This document shows positions 28,285 to 40,691 of a DNA stretch of 64,000 bases, in pieces. The stretch spans positions 620,001-684,000 of the forward strand of contig OY986950.1 of the NCBI GenBank assembly GCA_963920595.1, read 5' to 3'. The notes beneath the pieces are model-generated. The model made no database searches, was not told the origin of the DNA, and was given only the letters and a program-made list of their open reading frames with translations. The translations under genes and the position numbers were made by a program. The first letter of the stretch is position 1; every line of letters begins with the position of its first letter. Origin of the DNA: Eimeria praecox. Taxonomy: Eukaryota.

Positions 28285-29840
28285 ACCTCGTAACTGCTAC
28301 GGTCCTCCCGTACGCTGTGTGTGCTGGAATCGTCCGGTGCTGCTACGCCCAGCGTTTTTCTCTTTTTATTTTTATTTAATTTGTTTATTTTATTTTTATT
28401 TTAATCGATTTTATTCTTGTTTGAATGTTAAACAGATTCGTTTGGTGCTGCTGCGAGGGTTTATTTTCTGCTGCCTTTGTGTGAAGCAGCAGCAGGAGCA
28501 GCAGCACACTGAGGCATCTCCTCTGTCTCTCCTTTTGTTGTCTTCTCTCTGCGGCGGGGAGTTACTGTCTCCTCAGTTACCGGCAGTGCTTCAGGCCTAA
28601 ACCCCAAAACAAACACAAACCCTAAACCCTAGCTTGGCTACCCTCACACAACCAAAGCAACATAGACATCATATGCATGAAAAAACAAACAAATAAACAA
28701 ATAAATAAATAAATAAATACACACACGATGCTGCATATATCATCTGACAGCAGCAACATACACACGGTTGCTGCATGCTCACAAACCCGTGCAAAGCACG
28801 GCTATCGGAGCTGTCTATACACCCCACACAAAGTAAACAGAACCTCACAAACAAAGAGAGCTGAGGGCTTATCAAATCCTGTATAAAAGTGCATGCATTA
28901 AGGTATAATAGTAGCAATCAGGTGTATATACACTGTCTAGCTACAGGCAGAGACAGCTGAGACAGCAAACAGCAACATACCGCAGACTCAGCAGCAAGAC
29001 GGCGATTGTAAAGAGAAGAATATGAGTCAAGTTCACATCGAAGGTCCTCTGCAGCAGCAGCAGCAGAGACAACAGCAGCAGCAGCAGAAACAGCAAAGGC
29101 AAACCTTTCAATAAACAACAACAGCAAACCCTGCAGCTGTCTGCTGCTTCTCATCCCCAGCAACAAACCCCTACCTCCTAACCCCTATAAATATTTTGTT
29201 GCTGATTCGCAGCACTGTACAGACACCGCAGCAGCGGCCTCCTATGCTTCTCAATAACTGCAAACAGCCCCAACGGTGGCTCATATGTTTGTTCATGGGA
29301 TGCTAGCAGCCACGAGTGCATGCATGCAGACTTGAATGAGATACCTTTCTCCTAAACCCCAAACCCTAAACCCTAAACCCTGTTAGGGTCACCCCTTGCG
29401 CCTCAGGTTTACTCACAGTGTTGCTTAAACCCTAAACCCTAAACCCTACCTTGAAGGGAAAGAGCTTCTGAAGGATGAAGCCAATGCGCCAGGAGCTGAA
29501 TCGCTGGTCTTGGGCTACATTCCACAGTTCTCCGAACATATACAAAGAAAGGGCAGATACTACCATGGCAAATAGGCCAAGAATAGCCGCTGAAACGCAC
29601 AGAAAGCCATTCTGAAAAACTCGGGTGTCTAGACACCTCAAGATGTTGCATAAACGGCTGCAGGTAGGCAACTGGCGTTGGTTGCTTCTGTTTAAGAAAT
29701 GTATTGCACACTTCTTTATGTTAATGTTTTCTTTATTATATACATATTCTCACCGTCTAAGAAGCGCGACGGCTGCACAGAGGACCCCATCGTGAACATG
29801 AACTCAAACGACCACGACGGACGGCTGCCGTCTGTAATGG
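28285..29840 (-). CDS. Probable small multi-exon membrane protein; exon structure unresolved
   Basis: Exon-like segments with splice signals: ~29657-29450 (RLCNILRCLDTRVFQNGFLCVSAAILGLFAMVVSALSLYMFGELW...KLFPFK, donor GTAGGG) and ~29047-28981 (TFDVNLTHILLFTIAVLLLSLR, donor GTATGT). There are further candidate micro-exons near 28.6 and 28.3 kb. I could not close a full phase-consistent model. Confidence 0.4.
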
Positions 29841-30551
29841 AGGAAAGCTAGAGGAAAGCAACAGGAAAGCTACAAGGAAGGTATATTAAATGATTTAAAT
29901 GATAATATTATACGTATTTCGTACTGCATTTCGTCTGTCTCAACTCTATTTCACCTTCCTTTCCTCCCTTGCACACTGCGCATGCAAAACAGATAAGGGA
30001 ACTGCTCTAATGCAGGCTGCTGCTGTATGTAGTAGGGCTTGCCACCTCACCACCCCCAGCCCGAGGTTAACCCTCCTTTCTAGAGGGGCCCCCTGCAGCA
30101 GCAGCCGTACGGTTGGCTGTCTACCTGATTTGTAGCTGCTTAAAACAGTAAGTGAAACATGCAGGAATGTCGTTGCTGCAGCATTGCATGCACTTCCTAT
30201 AAAGGGTCTAGCTGGTGGACGTTGGGGAGGAGAGAAAGAGGGGGCCCCTTTAGGGGTCTCTTGATTGTTTCGATGGTTTTGTTTTGTTTCTTCTTTTCAT
30301 TTTAATTATTTATTTACTCAATTCAAATAATGAGGAGCTGCTCCAGAAAACCCCAAATCCCGCCCCTTGAATATCGGAGGCAGTCATTAACACTACTGCA
30401 GTTTGCTGCTGCAATTTGTTGCTGCAGTTTACTACATAATTTCTTTCTTTTTTTCGTTTAGTTGTTTGATTTAGATTATTTCTTAGCTTTTCACAACATC
30501 CGCAGCTCCATCCTCCCGCGCGTCATTGGCTGCCATTCGAAGCGCAGCACA

Positions 30552-30579
30552 ATGCCATTTGCCGTAACAACAGCAGCAA

Positions 30580-30610
<31 letters not shown>

Positions 30611-30848
30611 AGCAGCAGCAGCAGCAGTTCCTTCTGTGGATCAAGCACAGCTGTCTGCTGCACCCCACAAAACAGCAGAATTTCCTGGCCAAGACCCTCC
30701 TCGAAGCGGCACCAAGGGGCCCCCCGAGCAGCAGCAGGGGGGGCCCCCTGCTGCTAGTTGTTTATCGTTTGCTTCTCCCTCAGCTAGCTCCGCCAAGGAG
30801 AATGAAGATGAACAGACAGTTATAACAAACACCGTAGGCATGGGGAAG

Positions 30849-30898
<50 letters not shown>

Positions 30899-32464
30899 GC
30901 AGCGAAAGCGGTTCATTCCAGCAGCTGTTTCATCCCAGTCCGCCTTAGGATCTGCACGTCTTGCATTTGCTGCTCCAGCCGCCGCCGCCGCCGCAGCAGC
31001 TGCTGCTGCTGCAGCAGCAGCAAATGGAGGTGCAGCAGCAACAGCAGCAGCAGCAACAGCAGCAGCAGGAATTGCTGCTCGCAAGAGCGGGTTTGAAAGG
31101 GCTAGAGAATCTCTCTTAGCCTCAAATGCTGTAGAGAAGCTGCAGGAAGTTGCTGCAGGGAGGGCCCCTATTAACCCTAGGCGCAGAACCCCCCATACAC
31201 AGGGCTTATTTACTATACCCGTAACAGCAGCAGCAGCAGCACTAACAGCAATTACACCAATTGCTGCAGCAGCAGCAAATGGAGCAGCAGCAGAAACAAC
31301 AGCAGCAGCAACAACAACGGATGCAGCAGCAGCAGCACCTGCTGCTGCTGCGCTTACTGCAAACCCACCATCAACAACAACAGCAGCAGTAGCAGCAACA
31401 GACCTTGCAGCTACCTCAGAGGTTGCAGCAGCAACAGATGTTGCTGCTGCTGCTTCAGATACTGAAGCAACATTACTGATAGGAGACAGACGCGAGGATT
31501 TCCTAGATGCTGCTGCTAAGGGGGGGGTTAGGGGAGAGACAGACAGCGTTTTTTTTTCTAACCTAAGTCCAAGTAGCTATGCAGCCCGCCGCCATTCATA
31601 TTTACCTTCAACTTTCTCGTCTCCTTTGTTGCTGCTGTCTCCTAGAACTTCTGCAGCAGCAGACACTGCAGCAGCAGCAGCAGATTCAAATGTGGTGTCT
31701 CCTACTAGCAGCAGAAAGAAAAACCTCCTCAGTACTCCAGCAGAAGATACAGCTAATAAAGAGGGGCCTCTTGCTGTTATATGGGCGTCCGATGATGGTG
31801 CTGCTGTAGATGCTGCTGCTGCTGCTGCAGCAGCAGCAGCAGCAGCAACAACAACGGAAAGGGCTGCAGGAACGGCTACACAGGAGCCAACAGCAGCAAC
31901 AGCAGCAGCAGCAGCAGCACCACGATCAGCTGTCGACATGAGTGTTGCAGCAGCAGCAGGAAGGGAGCGACGAGCAGCAGATTCTGCTGCAGCAGCAACA
32001 GCACCTGCTACTGCTGCTGTTGCTGCTGTAGCAGCAGCAGCGCGAGGGACAGGAGGCGAGGAGCCGCGTGTTCGGGGGCCCCCCAGCCAAAGAGAGGGGG
32101 CAGCAAGTAAGCGCCGCCGCATGGGTGCTGCAGCTTTGTCTGCTGGTGCTGCTGCTGCTGCTGCTGCTCGTCGCTTTTGGCTTAGCTCTCAGCAGCACCG
32201 AAAGGAGCAGCAGCAGCAACAGCAGCAGCAGCAACAGCAACAGCAGCAGCAGCCGACAACGCGAGCTGGCAGACAGTCTTTCGCGGTCTCTCCCCCTTCT
32301 ATGGAGGAAAGAACTCAGGGGACTGCAGCAGCACCATCAGCAGCAGCAGCAGGAGCAACATCAGCAGCAGCAGCAGGAGCAGCAGCAGCTGCTGAGACAC
32401 CGGCTGCTGCATCATCACCTCTCGCAGTTATTGCCTCGAATCCTGCAAGAGCAAACCGAAGCAA

Positions 32465-32499
<35 letters not shown>

Positions 32500-33311
32500 G
32501 CCCGCCACTAGGCTTAGGCAGCAGCAGCAGCAGCAGCTTCGACTTGCGTGCACTGAGGGAGCAGTGCTACAGAGGAGATGGAGGGCCTCTGCTGCAGTCA
32601 TTTACTTCTTTATCTTCGGGGGGACGAAGGAGCTCAAGAAACCGCCGCAGCAAAAGCCCCCTGATAGGTGCTGCTGCTGCTGCTGCTGCTGCACCTGCTG
32701 CTGCATCACCACCTGCTGCTGCTGCTGCTGCTGCAGCAGCAGCGTCCCGTGCGACAAGGGTTGCAGAAACAGCTGCTGCTACGCCGGCTTCAGGAGATGA
32801 GGAACAGCAGCAGCAGCAGCAACTGTCTCCACGTTCACGAGCCCATCAGCAGCTTTCCCCTCTGCTGCTGCATGGGCAGCGACTGCAGCAGCAGCAAGAG
32901 CTGCGCTCGCCGCTGCTACTCTACGAGCAGCTGCAGCAGCAGCAGCAGCAGCTGGAGCAGCAGCAGTCTAACGAAGAGCAGCAAACCGACAAGCAAGAGG
33001 GGCTCGTGTCTGCTCCTGCTTTAGAAGAGGCCCCGAGGGCCTCCTTAGAAGCTGTTGAGCTTGACAGAGTCGTAGGGGACTCAAGGGATTCAACTTCAGC
33101 AGCAGCAGCAGCTGCTGCTGCTGCTGCTGCTTCGCGTGCAGCAGTTGCTGAGGCTGCACTTGGTGTGACAGAGGGAGGGAAGGATACGACGCCCTCCGTC
33201 TTACACAGCAGCAGCAGCAGCGACAGCAGCAGCAGCAGCAGCAGCAGCTTTGTAAGCACCACCAGAAACGCAGGATTTGCTGTCGAACAGCAGAGACGGG
33301 CACAGCAGCAA

Positions 33312-33343
<32 letters not shown>

Positions 33344-34128
33344 ACAACAGCAGCAGCGCCGGGAGTCGGACAAGCCTGAGGTGCGTCTTGTGCGGTCTCG
33401 CCAGACACCTCAGGCTGCGGCAGCAACAGCAGCTACAGCAGCTACAGCAGCAGCAGTAATAGCTGCAGCACCAGCAGCAACAGCAGCAGCAGGAACAGCA
33501 GGAACAACACCAGCGGCAGCGAGAGAAGCAGCGGCAGCAATAACAAGAGCACTAGCAGCAACAACACCGGCAGCTGCAGCAACCCCAGCGACAGCATCAA
33601 CACCAGCAGCAGCAGCAACAGCAGCAGCAAGAGCAGCAGGAGCAAGTGAAGCAGCGGATCTTGGTGCTGCAGCGAAGAGGCCAACGCCAGCGACACGGGA
33701 AGCCGCATCAATGAGAGCTGCTGCTGCAACTGCTGCTGCTGCAACTGCTGCTGCTGCTGCTCAGCTGCTGCCACCTATTGCTGCATCGCNNNNNNNNNNN
33801 NNNNNNNNNNNNNNNNNNNNNNNNNNNNNNNNNNNNNNNNNNNNNNNNNNNNNNNNNNNNNNNNNNNNNNNNNNNNNNNNNNNNNNNNNNNNNNNNNNNN
33901 NNNNNNNNNNNNNNNNNNNNNNNNNNNNNNNNNNNNNNNNNNNNNNNNNNNNNNNNNNNNNNNNNNNNNNNNNNNNNNNNNNNNNNNNNACCTATTGCTG
34001 CATCGCGAGATTCTTCATCTGAGGTCCCGCGAGCCCCACCGGCTTCTCCCTGCAGCAGAGGGCAATCCCCCATGAGACGGCCGCAGCATTGGCAGCAGCA
34101 ACAGCTGCAGCAGCAGCAGCAGCGACCG

Positions 34129-34175
<47 letters not shown>

Positions 34176-34512
34176 CGTAGACGAAGCGCAGCACGAGAAG
34201 TCGGCTGAGATGATAGCTGAGCCGCTGATGCAGCAACGGCAGCAGGAAAGATACAGGGAAGCACCACAGCAGCATCTGCAGCAGCAGCAGCAGCAGCAAT
34301 CAGTGCAGCAGCACGACCAGCAGCGGCAGCAACAACGGGAAGACCGGCCTCGAGATCAGCAGCAGCAAGGCGACAAGACGCAACGCCGGAAGCAACAAGA
34401 GCAGCAGCAAGAGCAAGAGCAGCAGCAAGAGCAAGAGCAGCACGAGCAGCAGCAGGGAGAGCAGCAGCAGCAGCAGCAAGAGGTGGCAGCTGAGAGGGCT
34501 CACGGAGTAGAA

Positions 34513-34544
<32 letters not shown>

Positions 34545-35157
34545 GCAGCAGCAGCAGCAAGCAGCAGCAAACTGTCTGACAGCTTCAGCAGAGCTCACGG
34601 GGAGGGCGAGGGCCTCCAGCTCCCCTCTCGCCCCACAGCCTGGTTCTACAGCAGCAGCTATCTCGCTCTCTCACCAGCTTGCTGCAGCACAGCAGCAACA
34701 ACTGCAGCAGCACAGGCAACTGCAGCAGACGCAACAGCAGCAACAGCAGCAGCAGGAACAGCAGGATCAGCCACAGCAGCAGCAGCTTCAGCTGCAACAA
34801 CCGCAACAGGAACAGCAGCAGCAGCAACAGCCGCAACAGCAGCAGCCACTGCAGCAACAGCCGCAGCAGCCGCAGCAGCAACAGCCGCAGCAGCAACAGC
34901 CGCAGCAGCAACAGCCGCAGCAGCAACAGCCGCAGCAGCAACAGCCGCAGCAGCAACAGCAGCCGCAGGAGCAACAGCCACTGCAGCAACAGGCACTGCA
35001 GCAACAGCCGCAGCCGCAGCAGCAGCAGCAAGATGTAGGAGTCGGTCTGTCGTCTGTTTCTCCTTTGGTTGTTCCTCTGAGGTCTTCTCGTCTTTTTTCT
35101 GCTGTCAGTACATTACCTTCTGTAGAACTCCAACTGCCTTTGCTAGGACAACCTCCT

Positions 35158-35190
<33 letters not shown>

Positions 35191-35238
35191 TTCAGCAGCA
35201 CGAGCAACAATGCAACGGCCGCAAACACAAGCACTGCA

Positions 35239-35271
<33 letters not shown>

Positions 35272-35951
35272 AGCAGCAGCAGTTTTCTCGTAGCCCCCAC
35301 AGAATCCATTTCTATGGAAAGACAGCTACAAGCAGACAAACAAGGAGCCTTGCTGAGAGAATCGCAGCAGCTGCAGCAGCAGCAGCAGCAGCAGATACAG
35401 CAGCAGCAACTACAGCAGCAGCAGTTACAGCAGCAACAGCAGCAGTTACAGCAGCAGCAGCAGTTAGAGCAGCAGCTGCAGCAGGGGGTAGAGTCCGTGG
35501 ACTCTGCTTCTCCTTTGCAGGTGAGGGGCCCCTCAGCCAACGCACTCATATCTGCTGATGATGAATACGTCGGAGGCCCTGGGGCTAACCGGCAACTCGA
35601 AGGCCGCCTGCAGCAACTGCAGCAGCAGCAACTGCAGCAACAGCAGCAACTACAGCAGCAGCATCAACTACAGCAGCAAGAGCAAGTGCAGCAGCAGGAG
35701 CAACTACAGCAGCAGCAGCAACTACAACAGCAGGAGCAACTACAGCAGCAGCAGCAACTACAACAGCAGGAGCAACTACAGCAGCAGCAGCAACTACAGC
35801 AGCAGCAGCAGTTACAGCAGCAGCAGCAACTACAGCAGCAGCAGCAACTACAGCAGCAGGAGCAACTACAACAGCAGCAGCAACTACAGCAGGAGCTGCA
35901 GCAGCAGCACGAGCTGCAGCAGCAGCACGAGCTGCAGCAGCAGCACGAGCT

Positions 35952-35986
<35 letters not shown>

Positions 35987-36228
35987 GGCCTGGTGGTTTG
36001 TCCTTCCTTGGCCCCCCGGGGGCCTCGTGTGAGGGGAGCAGCAGGGGTATAGAAGGTGAAGACAGGTTGAGTCAGGGGGCCCCCAGGGGCCCCCTTGGAG
36101 GTTTGCTGCGGCGGCCGTCGGAGCATCTTGTATCTTCTCCTCCAGCAGAATGGAATTGTCTGCTGTCGTCTCCGTCTGGCAGCCCCTCTCAACTCATGCA
36201 GCAGCAGCGGCTGCAGCAGCAGCAAAAC

Positions 36229-36275
<47 letters not shown>

Positions 36276-36380
36276 AGGGCAGCGGCTTAGTACATCGTTG
36301 GATGCGGCTTTAGCAGGTCGTCGCTGTTCAACTGCAAGTAGCTCCCGCAGGAGGTCTCGTCGCAGCTCTACATTTCATAG

Positions 36381-36413
<33 letters not shown>

Positions 36414-36416
36414 TAA

Positions 36417-36454
<38 letters not shown>

Positions 36455-38868
36455 GGAGCAGGAGCAGCCCGTGGTCTTCGTTTGCTGCTGAGCTAGCACG
36501 AAAGGGTCGACGAGCAGCTTCCGCGGGTCTCCGTCGTTTATATTCTTCTTGTTTTTCTCGTGTCTGCAATTTATCTTCAAAGGCATTACACTTAGCTGAC
36601 TCGTTTGCTGCTGCTGCGCTGCTGTCTGCTGTGGGGCCCCACAACCCCCAACTCATAGAAACCCTCTCACGCTTGCTGCCCCCCGCCTTCACGAAGCTAC
36701 CAGATTTTGCTAGAGAACCTGTGAGGAATATAAACACGAAATCATTAGAAATATAAACAAATTAAACAAATTAATACAAATAAAACAAGTTAATACATGT
36801 AATACAAATAAACAGATTAATAATACAAATAATATAAATAAAACGGATAAGCACATATAATACAAGCAAAACAAATTAATATTACAAATAAAGCAAATTA
36901 ATACAAATAATACGAGTAAAACAAATTAATACAAGTAATATAAATAAAACAAATTAATACAAATTAATACAAATATAACAAATTAATACAACTAATTCAA
37001 ATAAAACAGATAAATACAGATAATACAGCTGAGGGAGAAGAAACACAAAGTAGAAAAGTGAGAAAAACACAAATAAAAAAATATATAAAAGGTTTTAAAT
37101 ACAAATACAAATGCAGACACTTTCATACAGTCGTCAAGTTTGTATGGAACACAAACCCCAGACAGACAGACAGAGAGAGAGAGAGAGAGAGAGAGGCTTA
37201 AACCCTAACAGCCCTAAACCCTAAACCCTAGGCGCAAACCCTAGAAAAGACAGAGACAGCTATTTTGCTCTTAAGCTCTAGCGTAGCATCGAACAACTAA
37301 ACCGATACAGACAAACACTTTGATTAAATTTAATTCGATTGCCCTCGACACACATCTGAAGAAGAAGAGGCGAGAGTAGTCTTAGGATTATACACTGGCA
37401 ATTGTCTACACATAGATAGATAGATATATAGATATAGATGTAGATAGAGATATAGATGTAGATGTAGATATAGATGTAGATCTAGATGCATATATATATA
37501 TATATAGATATATATATAGATGTAGATATAGATATAAATATAGATGTAGATGTAGATATAGATATAGATATAGACATAGATATAGATATAGGTGGATAGA
37601 TGGATAGATAGATAGATAGGTAGGCAGGTAAATATGTAGATAGATAGATGTATATAATGTATATTACCATAGGAGCGAAGTCCTTGGCTTAAACCTTAAA
37701 GAAAGCAGCAATCCCTAACCCTAAACCCTGGAGGAAGTCTAAATCCTCGTTAGAAAGACGGTGGGGTTTATGAATATCTGTTTTGCGTATTTTCTGCTGT
37801 CCCCACAGTTTTAGGGTTTGTATAGTGGTTTTGACGCCTATACACTAGCCTCAGCCTCTTCTAGGGTTTAGGGTTTTGGGGTTTGTTTGCTGCAGCTGGG
37901 AGCCAGTGAAGTGCGGAGGAGCGACCCTTGCAGCATCCTAGCCAGACGACTACTCGCGGGGAAGCCCTCTCTAGAGGAGGCTCAGGTCTGCTGCTGCTGC
38001 TGCTGCTGTTGTTGTTGTTGCTGTGGTGGTGGTTTTGGGGGGGGGGGAGGGGAGGGGGGGGTTGTGTTGCTGCTGTTGTGGTTGTGTTGCTGATGTTGTT
38101 ATGCTGCTGTTGTGCTGCTGCTGCTGTTGTTGTGTTGCTGCTGCTAGCGCAGCGGGTGACATTTGCAGCAGTGGGAGCAGAAAGTGGCCTAGGGTTTAGG
38201 GTTTACAGGGTAGGGTTTAGGGTTTTTGCTGTTGCAGGACGCGCTGCGAGAAGTCGCAGCCGCTGAGAGCAGAGGGGATGTAGGGAGTGTTGAATGGACT
38301 ATTGTGCAGCTCGCGGCGCCAAGTAAGTATAGGGTTTAGGGTTTAGGGTTTAGGGTTTAGGGTTTAGGGTTTGGGATTACTAGTTGGAGGATCATGAGGG
38401 GCCCCTTTTTCTTTTTTTTTTCTGTTCTTTTCTCAACAGCTTCGATTTTTCTGTCTGATTATCTGCTGCGTTTCCTGCAGCCATCATTTACGGTCTTGAC
38501 ATACTGACAGTACAAGATACAGCTCCTACGCACTCCCAAGGGGCCCCCCGTGGGGCCCCTGAGGGGGCCCCCGGGGCCCCACAGGGCCCCCCCTTCTTTG
38601 TGGAAGGCTTGCGGGCTAAGCCCGCAGTGGATGGCTGTCTTGAGCTCAGCGAGGCAGAAAGTAAGTAGAGGAAGGGAAGGAAGGGAGGGGGAAGGGGGTT
38701 GCCTTTGAGGTGTATGTACACCTCACAGAACGCACAGTTACTCTCCCCTTTCATTTTATCTTTCGTTTAAAGTGCATGCTTCTCTTCATTTGTTGCTGCA
38801 ACATAATTGAAAGCGGCCTATTCAAGCCTCCATCACTCGTGTGGCTGCCCTGCTGCTGCTGTTGTTGC

Positions 38869-38903
<35 letters not shown>

Positions 38904-39379
38904 TTGTTGTATGTGCTGCAGCTCCGGGTTGGGTGACGGTGTTGGGCTGCGAAGATCGTTTAAGAAGTCATCACAATTATTTTTCTGTTGATGCTGGGGG
39001 CTTAGCCTTAACACATTTACGTTTGGGGGTGCGGCGTTACGGAGGGGCGGCGAGTTCAAGTTCTTCTGCTGACTTTGGTTGCTGCTACGGGGCTTGTGCT
39101 CGTACAGCAGTGTTGCGACTTCGGGTGTACGGACAGCTCGCGCTAGGGTCACCACAAAACGCCCCAGAAAAATACTTCAGACCTCAACCCGAGAACGAGC
39201 AGCAGCTCCAAGATATGACAAATTTGCTGCAAGGAGCTGCTGTTATTTCTGGGCCACAGTCAGGTGTATGGACACCTCAAACGAGACAAGAACTGCTGAT
39301 TATGAGGAGTGCCCGAGAGGCAGATAGTGGATGGTGAGAATTGTCTTTGCTGCAGCACCTGCAGCACCTGCAGCAGCAG

Positions 39380-39414
<35 letters not shown>

Positions 39415-40691
39415 TTAGACTCTTTCAACAGTCCCTGAATCTCGAAGCAGCTAGTATTTTGTCTTGAACTAGTTGCTGCTGCTGCTGCTGAACAGCTTGC
39501 TGTTCCTTAAGGGGGGTATGCTATCTCGTGTTTGGTGGGGCTTGTTTTCTTCTTCTATTTCTTTTGTTTCTGTCTTTTTCAAGGATGCAAGTATTGAATT
39601 AGTTTGTTATTGTTTTGTTTCTCGCAGCCGCAGCAGCCGAAGCAGCTGCAACAGCAACCACAGCAACAACAGCAGCAGCAGCAGCAGCAGCCGGCCGTTT
39701 GCTGCTCTAGGTCTTGGCAGGGAGGACGTCGAGTCTAAGGGGGATTTGGAGGCTCCTGAGGTTTGGATTGTACGGCTGAGTGCGCGAAGTCATTTAAAAT
39801 ACGCTGAAGTGCGGAGGCTTTGCTGTAAACACACCACAGAATATGAAGAAGAAGAAGAAGGAGGAGAAGAAGAAGAAAGAGAAGAAGAAAGCCTCACAAC
39901 CTTTGAGATCCAATGCACGGATGCGCCAGATGAGGTGTGCTTCATCAAGGGTTTAGGGTTTAGGGTTTAGTAGGGTTTAGGGTTTAGGGTTCAGTAGGAT
40001 ATAGGGTTTATTGGGGGGTAGACTTCACTGGGGTCGTGTGATGACTGAGGCTTACAGTTTGCAAGGGTTTAGGGTTTGTTAGAGTCGAGGGTTTGGGGTT
40101 TGTTAGGGTTTAGGGTTTACTTGAGGGTTTCAGAGTATGCTATCATACTGAGCTGTTTGCTGCATGCATTTGCGTATGAATTATTTCTGTCTGTAGTTTA
40201 TTTGTTTATTTGTTTCTTTGTTTATTTGTTTATTTGTTTATTTAGTTGCTTCGGTTGTCGCTACCAGAAGAAATAAAGAGAAATGATGCATTTAAAACCC
40301 TTCATTGGCGGACTCTGGCAACTGCAGTATTTGCCCCCCATCAACATGAAGCGAGTTTTGAAGTATGTTTCTTATTTACTTTTTCTTGAGTTTTCTTCTT
40401 CTCTTTTGTTATTTTTCTTTCTCTTCTTTGTTTCTATCTTCTCTGATTCTTCTCCCGTTTCCTTCTCCTCGTTACTGGGGGTCATTGCCTCTCTTTCTTC
40501 TTCGCCTTTCTAGCCTCTTCATGCATGGATTTCTTAGATTTGCGGTGTATGTACAGCTTTTCGAAGACGAAGGATACGACAATCAGGACGAAGGAGTGCC
40601 AGCAACAGCAACACATGCGCGCATTATCTGTTCTAGGGGAGGCGATTTGAGGGGGCTGACTCTATGGGGTTTTCCTGTTGAGACAGTTTAG
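30552..40691 (+). CDS. Giant polyA/polyQ/polyS low-complexity protein with C-terminal tandem allantoicase-like repeats (~2,425 aa if the gap is collapsed)
   Basis: Exon 1 is 30552-36720 (ORFs 30462-34022 and 33778-36756 joined across the N gap). It is followed by 37896-37985, 38238-38322, 38481-38660, 38922-39333, 39628-39934, 40246-40362 and 40557-40691, all phase-consistent GT-AG. The C-terminus has allantoicase-repeat-like motifs twice: FTKLPDFAREPLGASEVRRSD / EWTIVQLAAPTIIYGLDILT / LTHLRLGV / LRLRVYG, then DMTNLLQGAAVISG / VWIVRLSARSHLKYAEV / WRTLATAVFAPHQH / ATHARIICSRGGDLRGLTLWG. Confidence 0.75.
33790..33989. other. 200-N scaffold gap
   Basis: Run of N. The 17-mer ACCTATTGCTGCATCGC lies immediately on both sides. 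Confidence 0.99.

Noticed and set aside
31577..36737. Antisense and alternate-frame ORFs over the giant exon
   Set aside because: They are shadows of CAG-rich coding sequence. Only one frame stays open throughout and splices to the domain exons.
36680..40691. Active allantoicase enzyme
   Set aside because: The conserved DGWETRR and PDGG motifs are degenerate, so I treat it as allantoicase-like only.
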